From positions 117,001 to 181,000 of the forward strand of contig NIVC01002359.1 in assembly GCA_002269645.1 (NCBI GenBank): DNA of 64,000 nt, written 5' to 3'. The position numbers and the translations under genes were made by a program. The number at the start of each line of letters is the position of its first letter. Within the stretch, counting starts at the first letter, position 1. The DNA is from Macrostomum lignano. Lineage: Eukaryota. Positions 11,863-23,810 of the stretch are shown one piece after another. Under the pieces are notes generated by a model. The model had not been told where the DNA came from. It made no database searches and saw only the letters and a program-made list of their open reading frames with translations.

Positions 11863-13596
11863 TACTATTATTTAAAGTATTAAATAATTTTACTCGTATT
11901 AGAATTAAATAAAGTGTTTCACGAACAAAATGCTGTGATCAAGTGCCGGCAAACTAATATTGTAAGTTTGTACTTGTAGTAATAATGTTAATATTTTTAC
12001 ACTTAGGTAGAAATACTACGGCGTTCGAAGAATATTTAACATATTTTAAAATATGGAAACCCAGTGACTAATAACAAATACAAACTGTAAATTAGGGAAA
12101 ATCATACTATTCCTTTCTAAAACTAGACCACACAGTTTTTTAAAAAATTATTCTATGGATGATATACAGGTGAGAAATGTCTAGAAAAAGAATTTTTCAA
12201 ATAATTGGTGCCCAATATTCGAATTCTGTTATTCACATCTATATTTTGACCTTGTTTGATATTTGGACAAATCTATCAAACATAAAAATAGATTTGGACA
12301 TAATTTAATCTATAATAAGCTAACGCCTCCTAGCTACTATTGTTTATTGTTGCCCTCTACATGTAGTGCCAGCTTGCAGACTTAAGTTACGGGAAACTAC
12401 GTCTCTTAAAAAATGTTTACGAGGCTTATTTTCGCCGAAAAAAACACTACGTAGATAGGAAGCTATTATTTTTCAGCACAATAATGTTATTGCTTACGAT
12501 AGGAGTCAGAACCAATGTTAAGGTTGTCTAGCCATCACTAAAAATGTAGAAAAAAGAACCACAGAATTTGGCAATCTTTTCGAATCGTTCGTTTAGTTAT
12601 TTCCGGAATTATTTCGCCCTCTATTCAAGGGTGGTGGGGGTTTGTAGGAGATCTGAGATTACCTAATTATAAGGCTATTTTGCTCTAGTTAGGCCTATAT
12701 CTTCCTATATGATAAAAGAGAATATGAAAAATTGATTAGCAATTAGACCTCTTATCATTCTAGATTTTTTCTTTGATAAAATTTATTCCTAATGACAATT
12801 TTTCTTTTAAGGTAGCTCTGTGCCAAATAATTTTTATTGCTTTTTTTCAAAATTAAAAAATTATTCCTAATGTGATTCCTAATTTTTCATATTTTGTTTA
12901 ATAGGTAAAATCAGGTAAAAATAATGTTAACATTTTATTTCTATGAAACAGATTCAAATACAAGTTTTACCAGTATTTTTGAATTTTGGTTGTTTTGTCC
13001 CCAGACATTTCACCCCCAGACCATTTTGCCCAGGCATTTTGGCCAAAATGGTAATTAATTATGTGATTTATAAATATAGCCATACTATGCATCTCTTTAG
13101 CTCACCTAGTAGGCCATTACTAACCTAATACTAAACCTATTAGCAACCTAACCTAATGTATCTTACAGTGGCATAGCCAGAGTTAGTGGCTTACTTCTAC
13201 ATATTGCTGCATATATATATTATAAAGGCACATTTGAGCCATTCATTTTATACTATTATCCACTTACTTATAAAATAGGCTAAATTATCTTAGATACTAT
13301 TCTTCTATACAACTTCACAATTACAACCAGATTCTTGATCAACTTATTTTCAATCTTGATTTTTTATTAAAATTTTTGGTCAATCTTGCTTAAAAAACAA
13401 AAATCTAATCTCAGTTGGACTCTATAAGATAATGCAGTATCTACATAGGAAAAACTTTTTTCTATTTGTATTTATCTAAGCTGTTAAAACCTAGTGGATT
13501 TTGAATACCAGGAATTCCAATCCCTAGAACTGCAAACATTGATATTGTTGGCTGGGATACTACGCAGAATCTCAGGCAGTCTCTCTGACTCTAAAA

Positions 13597-14098
13597 CATG
13601 TATTGGCAAACTCTGGTCTCTGCCTTTGACTCTCCTCTTTTTCCTCTTTCCTCTCTTCCCCTGTTTCTCCTATCTCTTGTCTGTTCACTCTCATCTTTGC
13701 TCTCTCATCCCCCTCTTTTTATCTGTCATCTTAACTTCTTTATTGTCTTATATTTTCTCTCACCTCTCTCTTCTGTACTCTTTTCTTTCCCCTCTTTTGA
13801 CTCCTCACTTTCCTTTCTCCTTTCTTCTCTTCTCTTCTATCTTCTATACTCTCTCCCTCTCTTGTCTCCTATCTTCTCTCTCCACTTTTTTCTTTTCTCC
13901 TTTATCTCTCATCTCTCCTTACATCTCTCATCTCTACAACCCTATCTCTTCTCTCTTCCTTTTACTCTCTCATATCTCCTTCCACCTCTGCTCTCTTCTC
14001 CCCTGTCTCCTCTATCCTCTCATCTGCAGCTCTCTGCTCTCTTCTCTCTCCACTCTCCCCTCTTCTTTCTCCCCTCTTCTCCCCTTCTCTCTTTCCCT

Positions 14099-14178
<80 letters not shown>

Positions 14179-14345
14179 CCTCACCCCTTCATTTATCTTA
14201 TTTTCTTCTATCTTTTCTCTTATCTTCTCTATCACCTCTCTTTTTGAATCATCTATTCCTTCTTCATTCCATTCTCATCTGCCCCTCAGCCATGAGCTAG
14301 ATTCTTTATTTGGCCTTTGAGGTAAAACTCTACCCATCCCTGCTT
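13597..14345 (+). mobile_element. MITE-like CT-core repeat, copy C, with internal (CT)n at ~14104-14172
   Basis: Left GGCAAACTCTGGTC, long CT-rich core, right ATCTGCCCCTCAGCCATGAGCTAGATTCTTTATTTGGCCTTTGAGGTAAAA, which matches 43733-43785. Confidence 0.6.
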
Positions 14346-15029
14346 GGAAAACCAGTTTGTGGGATGTAGTACTCTCATGGTTGTTCTCATGCTTTGATCA
14401 CGTTATCTTTCTTACCAATTTGCAGCCTTGAAAAGAAATTATGTATCTTCAGCTCCATTGCAATCTGCATCAGTCTAACAACCAAGGAAACACACATTTC
14501 TTAGAAGGCTATTTAAATTTTAAATTACCTTTAAGAGAAACTTAGAATTTCTATAGTATGACTAATTTAGTAGGGTTGTATTGCATTGCGTTGCCTTTTT
14601 ATAAATCTTTCGCTTTTACAAACCATGCTGGATTGCCTTGATTTGCCAATTGCTATCCACTGTTAAACTGCTGCAGAGTTTGCCTATATAGAGGGCAGTG
14701 ATTATAATTTCTCACTAAACTATTATGGCTAAACCAAAATGTAGCCTCTCTATTGGGGTGCAAAGAAGGCTATAAATAAAGCTATTCCAAAACATTGTAT
14801 ATTTGCTATGTATATTCAGCCCTATTGCCTGACCCTTTGTCTGGCTCAAGGTGCATAGTGCCATTTAGGATTAAATTTGAGACTCAAAATATTACAGGAT
14901 TTTGTCAATATAGTTGACAATAATTGTCTATGTCAAATTTGAAAAGAATCAGTAGAAGTAAAGTAGTGCTATGGAGGATTTAGTGAAAAAATGCATTTCT
15001 TTAACAGTTTTTTTTTGCTTTTTAGGTAG

Positions 15030-15200
15030 AAAGACTTGGATTAAGGAAATTTTAAGGTAGCCTAAGTTATTCGCCAAAGTGAGTTTAGGGTGGGTGCAAA
15101 ATTTGGTATAGTTTGGTTGAGCAATTTGGGAGTCCATAGCAATAAAAATTGTATATACATAGACACACAGACAGACAGAGTTTTCATTTTTATAGGTAGA
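15030..15200 (-). mobile_element. Non-autonomous Helitron-like 5' fragment
   Basis: The minus strand starts A|TCTACCTATAAAAATGAAAACTCTGTCTGTCTG and continues ...TGCTCAACCAAACTATACCAAATTTTGCAC. The same head occurs on the plus strand at 10627-10666. No 3' end found. Confidence 0.4.
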
Positions 15201-15213
15201 TATAGCTTATCCA

Positions 15214-15341
15214 TAGTGGCATAGCCAGGGTGGGGGCCGTGCCCCCCCCCTTTCTAAGCACCAAAAGTGGCAATGGCATATGGCATGGCCAGCCAAGCCA
15301 ACCTGCCCCCTCCCCAATTGAAATTCCTGGCTATGCCACTA
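15214..15341. mobile_element. 128-bp hAT-type MITE
   Basis: 16-bp TIRs TAGTGGCATAGCCAGG / CCTGGCTATGCCACTA; 8-bp flanks CTTATCCA / CTTATCTA (7/8). A lone similar left end lies near 13166. Confidence 0.85.
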
Positions 15342-16186
15342 CTTATCTATATACTAAAAATTGAATCTACCAGTATATTCCATGCTTTCTGCATTGATCA
15401 CCTAGTATCACATAGCATCACCTAGGCCTAATATAAATTATGCAATAGATATCTTTCTCTCCATGCTTTTAAGTTTCTATACCACATAGGAAAAAAACTT
15501 TCTATAAGTACATATTTTATAGTTTATGTTGTTTATTACTGCCTAAGCTGTCTCAATAATTGCTATTATAGTTGTCTCTTTGTAAAGCCTAATTGATAGT
15601 CAAACAAAAATGGAGAAATTGTTTATCAAAAAGACAAATATATGATTATATAGATTTTATATGTTGATTCTGGTCTATCAAAAGGTATATACATGAATTT
15701 TGTAATAAATATTTAGGTAGGTATTTAAAAACAAATGTTTGCATATTAGTTCTTGGTTTTTAAACCAATCAAAATATTCTGAATTAGAGTTAAATTGAAT
15801 AGACAGAGAGTCAGTGGGGCATAGTGCCCAAACATAAAATATTTATAAGACAACTGGGGTTGAGTGCACATAATGGAGGGGTGAAATGTGACTTAAGAAA
15901 GAGGCAAGAATGGAGAGCAGAGCCAATCAAAGGGAGTGAGGAAGAGAAATGAGCTTAAACAAACTTAAACTATACAGAGAGAGAAAACATAGATAAGTGA
16001 AGATGAACTGAAAAAATGACTAAGAAAGTTGCAACAAATCTTTACACAAAAGATTTTCCTAGACTATGTTTAATTATATTTGTTTGTGTATTTCTTGCAG
16101 TTATGTCTTATCTAAATTCATTAGTATCTTACTCAGCTAGAGCCTTGGTACTTAATTGGATTATAACTTCATTTCAGCTGGTTGAA

Positions 16187-18061
16187 ATGTATTTGTACTT
16201 TGAATTCACTGACACTGTGAAAAACCTTCTGTTCAAGGGCTGGAATGCATCAACACCATCAGGTGAGAATAACATTTTGTTGCTTGATTTTTCCTAGTTT
16301 GTCAGCTTCTGCAAGACAATGTTTGCATTTTTATAACATACCATTTATTTTCTTACTTTTAGGCTTGATTATAGTATGCCTGATTGCTGGCATTGTCACG
16401 CTGCTATATGAACTGTTGATGTCATATCATGAGATTCTAATGACCGCCGCTAACAATTTCAATGCTCGCTACCAGACTAGCGTGTCTACTAATAGGCACA
16501 TTGGCGGCCCACGCGTGAAGTAAGCTGCTTCACTTGCAACTTGTAATGCCATGTAATATATAGATAACATAAATATAATGATACATTGATTGAATTATAG
16601 GTACAACAATGCATACAATATTCATAATTGATTAAATTGATTGATTCAAAGAGTAATAGTGCGGTAGATTGTGAAGTTTTTTTATATTCCTATTTACTAC
16701 TTAGAATGTCTAGCACTGAAGTACTACTAGCACTGGGGCTAATTATCGTCTCAATGAGTGAGTTCTCCAATAGTCAGTTAAAACAAAATTATACAAAATG
16801 TGCAAAATATTTAGATGCGCGATTTTCAAAGAAATACACCCTTTCACAATAGCTTACAGGTGACTGCGGACCAGAGGGGAGAGAGAGGAGGGAAGAGAAA
16901 AGAGAGAGTAGAAAGGAGAGCAGGGGTGTCGCCACCCGGCGAAGACAGGGGGGCATGCCCCCCCCAGTGAAAGCTATGGGGTGGACATGCCAATGCTTTC
17001 CCCCCCCCCTCCCACACACACAACCTTGTGACCCGTTATGAAAATCAATAACTTTGCTTCAGGGTGACAAAATATAGCGCCTGCGGCACCAAATTGAGTG
17101 CCCGAGGCGCTAAAATGAGTGTCTGCGGCGCTAAAATGAGTGCTTGCGGCGCTAAAATAAGTGCCTGCGGCGCTAAAATGAGTGCCTGCGGCGCCGAAAT
17201 GAGTGCCCGAGGCGCTAAAATGAGTGTCTGCGGCGCCGAAATGAGTGCCCGAGGCGCTAAAATGAGTGTCTGCGGCGCTAAAATGAGTGCCCGAGGCGCT
17301 AAAATGAGTGTCTGCGGCGCTAAAATGAGTGCCTGCGGCGCTAAAATGAGTGTCTGCGGCGCTAAAATGAGTGCCTGCGGCGCTAAAATGAGTGCCTGCG
17401 GCGCTAAAATGAGTGCCTGCGGCGCCAAAATGAGTGCCCGAGGCGCTAAAATGAGTACTGATGAATGAATATCAGTATGAATACCGATTCTGAAAATAAT
17501 GTACATGTACAATTTTTGACTTGGCCCCCCCCCACCATAAAATCCATGGCGACGCCCCTGAAGGAGAGGGGGGAAGTGAGAACAGACGAAATTGGAGAGG
17601 AGAGAAGAGAGGAGACAACAGAGAAGAGAGCTGAGCAGAGACAAACCTTGAGCGGCCCGGATTGCTATTGTGAAGTTTCAAAGGACCCGAGGGCTGGAAC
17701 GGATCGAGAGGCTTCGCGGGCTTCTACTTATAGTAGCATGCAGCTAATCTATGCAGCACTACAGTGTGCTCTAATCCTACACGATGCACTCCGCAGACTG
17801 GCCTACGCGACAATGTCAAGCGCAGTGTACACAGTCCGGGTACTGATCTCCATGCTGCTAATGTTGGCTGTGATGACCTACAATGCGTGGATTTTCCTGT
17901 CAGTCGTGCTTGGCAGCGCTGTCGGCTACTTTTTGTCCCCGTTGGCGCGTCGGGCATTTCGCCCCTGCATTGCCGCCACCTTCTCCACTGCCGCTGCGGA
18001 TGATGCAGCTGTTGACGTATTCACCACCTCTGCCAGCTCTGCGCATGAGCTCAATGACTGA
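16187..18061 (+). CDS. SLC31A: Ctr/SLC31 copper transporter; three exons identified (an upstream phase-0 exon may exist)
   Basis: Exons 16178/16187-16262 (MYLYFEF...LLFKGWNASTPSG), 16363-16519 (TM1, IVTLLYELL) and 17734-18061, GT-AG with phases 1 and 2 consistent. TM2 MxxxM motif MLAVMTYN and TM3 GxxxG motif GSAVG are present. Confidence 0.9.
16853..17715 (-). mobile_element. MITE-like CT-core repeat, copy D, interrupted by a nested hAT MITE (Ctr intron 2)
   Basis: Left-end block at ~17630-17700 and right-end block (TCTGGTCCGCAGTCA on minus) at ~16860-16875; the GA-rich core is split at 16921-17560. Confidence 0.65.
16921..17560. mobile_element. 640-bp hAT-type MITE with an internal 21-bp tandem array (~17070-17456)
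   Basis: TIRs CAGGGGTGTCGCCA / TGGCGACGCCCCTG (13/14); perfect 8-bp TSD AAGGAGAG (16913-16920, 17561-17568); internal unit GAGTGCCTGCGGCGCTAAAAT. Confidence 0.9.
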
Positions 18062-18065
18062 CTAA

Positions 18066-18592
18066 CCGGCTCACTTGCTCACTCACGGACTTACTCACTG
18101 ACTGACCTAGTGACTGACTGACTGACTGACTGACTGACCTAGTGACTGACTGACTGACTGACTGACTGACCTAGTGACTGACTGACCTAGTGACTGACTG
18201 ACTGACCTAGTGACTGACTGACTGACCTAGTGACTGACTGACCTAGTGACTGACTGACCTAGTGACTGACTGACTGACTGACTCACTGACTCACTCACTG
18301 ACTCACTGACTGACTCACTGGCTCACTCACTCACTCACTCACTCACTGACTGACTCACTGACTGACTCACTTACTCACTGACTGACTCACTGACTCACTG
18401 ACTCACTGACTGACTCACTGACTCACTCACTCACTCACTCACTGACTGACTCACTGACTGACTCACTGACTCACTGACTGACTCACTGACTCACTGACTC
18501 ACTGACTCACTCACTGACTCACTCACTGACTCACTCACTGACTGACTGACTAGCTCACTCACTCACTCACTGACTGACTCACTGACTGACTG
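18066..18592. repeat. (ACTG)n/(ACTC)n compound microsatellite just after the Ctr stop codon
   Basis: Seen directly. Confidence 0.95.
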
Positions 18593-19139
18593 AGAATCTT
18601 GCAGTCAATCAGAAGAAATAAGTTTTGATCGATAGAATTTACACTGTTATACGAATTCAAATTCTCCACACGAAATGCCGCAAGTGGCTCAGCAATTGAA
18701 TTGCTTTGCTTGATTGATCGATTGGCAAAAATTCAATGCGATTGTTTTGCATATTTGTGATGTTAATTAGCTTGCCCTGCTGAATATTAATTGTCATTCT
18801 ATTCTGTATGTAAAGACAAAATGCTTCGAGAGAAACAGTCACAATTCTTCCTTGCCTGATAATTCCAATCGCTTCTCTCTTGATGATGGATGATTTTGTA
18901 ATACTAGTGCCTAACAAGCATCAAGAATAGTTTTACTGTACTACTCATAAGTAGCAGCATTATGTGATTTTAACATTTGGATTTTTACACAAAATTCTCA
19001 CTAGATTGTAAACATACACTGTATTATGTTATTTAGATTAGATTTTTAAATATAATAGTGCGGTTATAATTAAAAATACATTCGCTGGTTCTGCCGGATA
19101 TTTTTTCTACGCAATATAACTTAAAATCTGAACATGGAA

Positions 19140-19397
19140 TAACTTGCTCCCGACTCCTAATAGCTATTGCGCTGCGCATCTGAAGGCTGCGTACGGCTGT
19201 TCAGTCCGTGGACTGGCGGGTCGCCACACCCTCAATTACCCCAGCTAATGCTGGCACCCATTTTACAGCTGGGTGAACTGAAGCAATGCAGAGTTAAGTG
19301 TCTTACTCAAGGACACAAATTGTTTCGAGTGGGTTGGGAATCGAACCCCCGACCTTCAGTCATGAGTCCGACGCTCTAACCACTAAGCTACGACTCC
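19140..19397 (-). mobile_element. tRNA-derived SINE with a CORE-like central domain
   Basis: Minus strand: A box TAGCTTAGTGG, B box GGTTCGATTCC, then GTGTCCTTGAGTAAGACACTTAAC...CTTCAGTTCACCCAGCTGTAAAATGGG, which aligns with the MIR/CORE consensus. Second partial copy at 1798-1912. Confidence 0.75.
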
Positions 19398-20834
19398 TGG
19401 CTAGAGAGGGAGAGATACGCTGCATAGATAGGCGTTGCTCAATGATCTGCTGTCGGCTGAAATCTAATGGAACCTACCCTCAACTTGCTAATGTCAAATG
19501 AGAAATGGCCGGCGGCCTCTGTCTCATGCACACTGCACAGCATGCGGCAGTAATGGTGTTTGACACTTGACAGCAAGTCAAGCGTGCAGGGAGGTAAGCT
19601 TAAACAATGTATTAAGCAAGGCAAGCAGTGGCGGTGTGGAGACGCGCGGACCTGTGAAATATGATAGATGGAGCTGTTGTCAGGGAAGCTGGACTAGCCC
19701 AAGCTTCACAGCATGCCTTGTTAAGGGGGGTTTTGAGTTGCTCAAATAAACACCGCCGCTCTACAAGCGCTCGTCTCTTTTTTTAGGACCGATTTGACAG
19801 ATCACTTGCGGTGGGGGCAGTCAGTGATCGATCGCCCCGCGTGCTGGTTACGCGGGAAGTGGGGCACCCTCTCAATGATCAAAGCGCATCAGTTCTGCCG
19901 CACTGTTGTGCAGTATGGCTGATTGCTAATATGCTAATGTATAGTTAAATAGAAGCTTCATTGTATGTTGCCGATGGTCAAAGGGGTTGTGCCGCTTCTT
20001 ACGAGTAGTAGGGTAATTTTGAGCTACTCATATTGAAATTGAAACCGAGCATTGCACTATACTCGGTAGCTACAGAGCAAATTCTGTTGACAGCTATCTA
20101 ATCAATAGAAGGTTAATATGAAGCGATATTTTAAGCTAATGGCCAAGGTCACGACAGCTTTATATTAGCCGCATTGATTGAATTATGGTCCAAGATATGG
20201 TGAAGAGCACTGCTGCAACAGTCTTGTATTTGGGGGACTTGGGGGAGAGACTTGGATGACGCAACCCCGCCTCATTGTTTGCAGAGAAGGTACGAGCCCG
20301 GCTCTATATGAAGGCATACGTACGAGTATTGTATTGTATAAGTGATTTCGAATAAATGATTCAGCGCATTCTCCACCTGCAGTCTCCGAGGGAGAAAATG
20401 TACATACCTAATTTTGGGGGTATGTAGCGGATATGAGAAGAGGCTCAGACCAGTATAGGAAATTATTCAAATCCGCCTCTGAGTGCGCGCGCATCCATGC
20501 ACCTTTGCATATACTGTATACAACAATTAGTGTTTCGAGTAGGAAATTTTCGTCTCCGACAGAGAATGTACATGACTGGCTGTTGTATAGAATGTTTCAA
20601 TTACAGCGGGACTGTCGTGTAGAAGTAGATTGGGGATTAATGTACATATATAGAAGTAGACACTACATATAGAAGCACGCAGTGTACATATAGAGGTACA
20701 TTGGGGAATTAGATAGGGATTAATGTACATATACAAGTAGACATAGAAGTAGACAATGTACATATAGAATTGGGAATTGATAGGGTTTATTGTAGTACAT
20801 AGCAAGACTATAAACTAGATAAGTCACTCACAGT

Positions 20835-21063
20835 TAGGGATTCCAAAATCCCGACATTTTACAATCCCGGGATTGAATAGTCCCGAAATCCCGATGCTGT
20901 TGAAATCCCGGGATTCAAAATCCCGGAATCCCGGTGCTTTTGCAATCCCGGGATTAAAAATCCCGGGATTCGATTCCCAAAAAAATCCCGGGATTCAAAT
21001 CCCGGATTTTTGGCCCCAATCCCGGGATCCCGGGATCCCGGGATCCCGGGATTGGAATCCCTA
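20835..21063. mobile_element. 229-bp hAT-type MITE built from AATCCCGGGATT palindromes
   Basis: 12-bp TIRs TAGGGATTCCAA / TTGGAATCCCTA; perfect 8-bp TSD CTCACAGT (20827-20834, 21064-21071). Confidence 0.92.
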
Positions 21064-21544
21064 CTCACAGTCGCCGCCGAAGCGCGAGAACCCTGGGGTT
21101 AAGACCATAGACTGTACGAGCTAGCTTCTGCTGCTCCCAAACGTTTGTTTGCAGCAGCAGCTAGTGTCTGTGGCTTAAACCCCGGGTTTTCGAGGCCTTA
21201 GAGACGGCCGCTAAATAATATAGAATCTGTGGGTTAAGGCGTCACTTCATGTGACAAATTTTACAAATTAAACTTTTTTTGAGCTTCCGTGACACTAAGC
21301 TTTTTTGTAGGCAAGCATCGCTAAATACACGTAAAAAGCAAGCCTTCATAGACTCTATTATTCTGTGCTCTATATACTCTATAACTCTATATAGTGGCCT
21401 TGTACCAGAGCCCAAGGCACTGCAAACCGCAGGAGTCGCTTAAAAACTCGGAGATTTTTTCCAAGAAACTTCAAGCAGGGGCCGCTGCGCCCCCCTTGAC
21501 CTTCTCTGGATGAATCTTCTAATTGCTGTTAAGCAATAATCTCG

Positions 21545-21733
21545 ATGTCAGTTGGGGCAGCTGCCTGTTCCGCGTTGGCCTGCATCTCCGTTGGCCTGAC
21601 AATAGTCTTGCTGCTTACCATGACAAAACGTCACGTCAATCAGGTGGGGGATCTGCATTCGTGCATTGCACAACAGAAGACTGCAGCTACAGCAGAAGCT
21701 CTTATGCAAAGACGAGAGGCAGCTCCACCCTAG
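21545..21733 (+). CDS. Candidate small membrane protein or terminal exon (one hydrophobic helix plus a polar tail)
   Basis: 62-aa ORF MSVGAAACSALACISVGLTIVLLLTMTKRH... with exon-like composition; possible AG acceptor at 21532-21533. No family recognised. Confidence 0.25.
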   Translation: MSVGAAACSALACISVGLTIVLLLTMTKRHVNQVGDLHSCIAQQKTAATAEALMQRREAAPP

Positions 21734-23189
21734 CAGCTGCGTTCACTCACTCAGCAACTTCTGCTGCCTGTCTTGATGCACCGTCTGTCAAAGGGGCCGA
21801 TGGCGCTGCCTACAACGCGCCCTCTCATTATTGACACCCTCGAGTGCGGCTGGCCCTGACAGGCAGGAGTGGCCTCTCTGTGTCTCCCACTCCACCTAAT
21901 CCAGATCCTGTCCTGTCAGGGTATAAGCCACTTTTGAATAGAAGAGCTAGCTAGGGCCGGGGCGCGCCTAAAAATGAAGAGGCCCTGTGTGACAGCAACC
22001 GATTGGGAGGAAACTTAAGGGATTATATCGCTTTTGCAGGTTGTGGCGTGCCGTTACACCGACCAGGCGCTAACTCCTCCCACTTCCCCTCTCTCATCTT
22101 CCTTCCTAGGCTACAGAAGGACTGGCAGATTGCTAGCGGTCCATCAGCCCAGCTGCATCTTCCTTCACAGAGTCTCCTCAACACCTCGACAATTCTCGCC
22201 GTTGCTTTTGACCACGCAGAGATGGGGGGAGGGGCAGGCTGCCTATTGATGGAAGCACGAATGACGGCTTGATTGACACCCGGCTTTTGAAAACGCTTTT
22301 TTATAAGATAGCTTTTTTTATATGATGAGACGGCGCAGAGACTGCATGACAGTCAGGATCAGGGACTCCTCGTCTGCACGCGATGCCATGCGCCGCAAAC
22401 AAACACCTCAATGAATGAGGGAACCAACAGCTAATTGTTGTTCCCCCCTGGCTTGCTAATGTCGCGGCAGCTGAGGCGTTTGAAATACGCTGATTTTATA
22501 GTTTTGGTTTTGGCGCCCAGGCAGAGATTTCTTGCTTGTCTGGCAATGCTTGAGCCTGAGATGCCTTCTTCTTCAGTAATTCTGAAATGCGTAGTTAATA
22601 CTGTCTTAGGAAATTAATATCGCGACTGAGGGATTGATTGCAAATTCAAATATGATATCGATGGGAGCTTCATGAGATTCTGGGTCTCTCATTGCAGAGA
22701 TACGAGTATATTAGATATATGCCAGTGCAAGCAGCAGTAGTCATTCAAAAAGGAAACCCTTTGATGCGGCACCACTTGTTAGTCAGCCTGCCTCATGAAT
22801 TATATAGCAAACAACCAAATCAACCATTTTGATGCGTGGAGTGCTGAGATTCTATCAGCTAATTTTTGGGATGAAGTCCTTTTGATGATGAAACGATGAA
22901 TCATCCACCCGCGAGAACCTCGGAGAGGCTTGAGCCAAATTTTGAGTTGCTGAATTTTCTTTTTGCCCGAGCTTATGCAGAAATTTCGATGACGCGGTGA
23001 CAAAATGATGCACTCGTGTATTCTGATAGCTCGCAACTCATCAATCAGTCAGTGCTTGTATTCGCGAGTTTGGCTGAAAGATTACTCCTACTAATTCCCA
23101 CGCTATGGAAGGGTGAGATTTCCTCCCCTCAGTCTCATTCAACCCAGGCTGTTTATTGGTCAGATTTCCGCCTCTCAGTTTCATTCTTC

Positions 23190-23810
23190 TCAGGCTATTA
23201 AAGGGTGAGATCTCCACTCTTCAGTCTCATTCTTCTCAGGCTGTTTAGGGGTGAGATTTCCGTCTCTTAGGGGTGAGATTTCCGCCTCTCAGTTTCATTC
23301 TTCTCAGGCTGTTTAGGTGTGAGATTTCCGTCTCTCAGTCTCATTCTACCTAATCTGTTTAGGGGTGAGATTTCCGACTCTCAGTCTCATTCTACCTAAT
23401 CTGTTTAGGGGTGAGATTTTTGTCTCTCAGTCTCATTCTACCTAATCTGTTTAGGGGTGAGATTTCCGTCTCTCAGTCTCATTCTACCTAATCTGTTTAG
23501 GGGTGAGATTTCCGTCTCTCAGTCTCATTCTACCTAATCTGTTTAGGGTGAGATTTTTGTCTCTCAGTCTCATTCTACCTAATCTGTTTAGGGTGAGATT
23601 TCCGTCTCTCAGTCTCATTCTACCTAATCTGTTTAGGGGTGAGATTTTTGTCTCTCAGTCTCATTCTACCTAATCTGTTTAGGGTGAGATTTCCGTCTCT
23701 CAGTCTCATTCTACCTAATCTGTTTAGGGGTGAGATTTTTGTCTCTCGGTCTCATTCTACCCAATCTGTTTAGGGGTGAGATTTCCGTCTCTCGGTCTCA
23801 TTCTACCCAA
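23190..23810. repeat. 45/46-bp minisatellite (GGGTGAGATTTCCGTCTCTCAGTCTCATTCTACCTAATCTGTTTAG)
   Basis: Direct tandem copies. Confidence 0.95.

Noticed and set aside
19331-19397. tRNA-Met(CAT)-like sequence on the minus strand
   Set aside because: The acceptor and anticodon stems do not pair and the sequence runs straight into a CORE-like domain. It is a SINE head.
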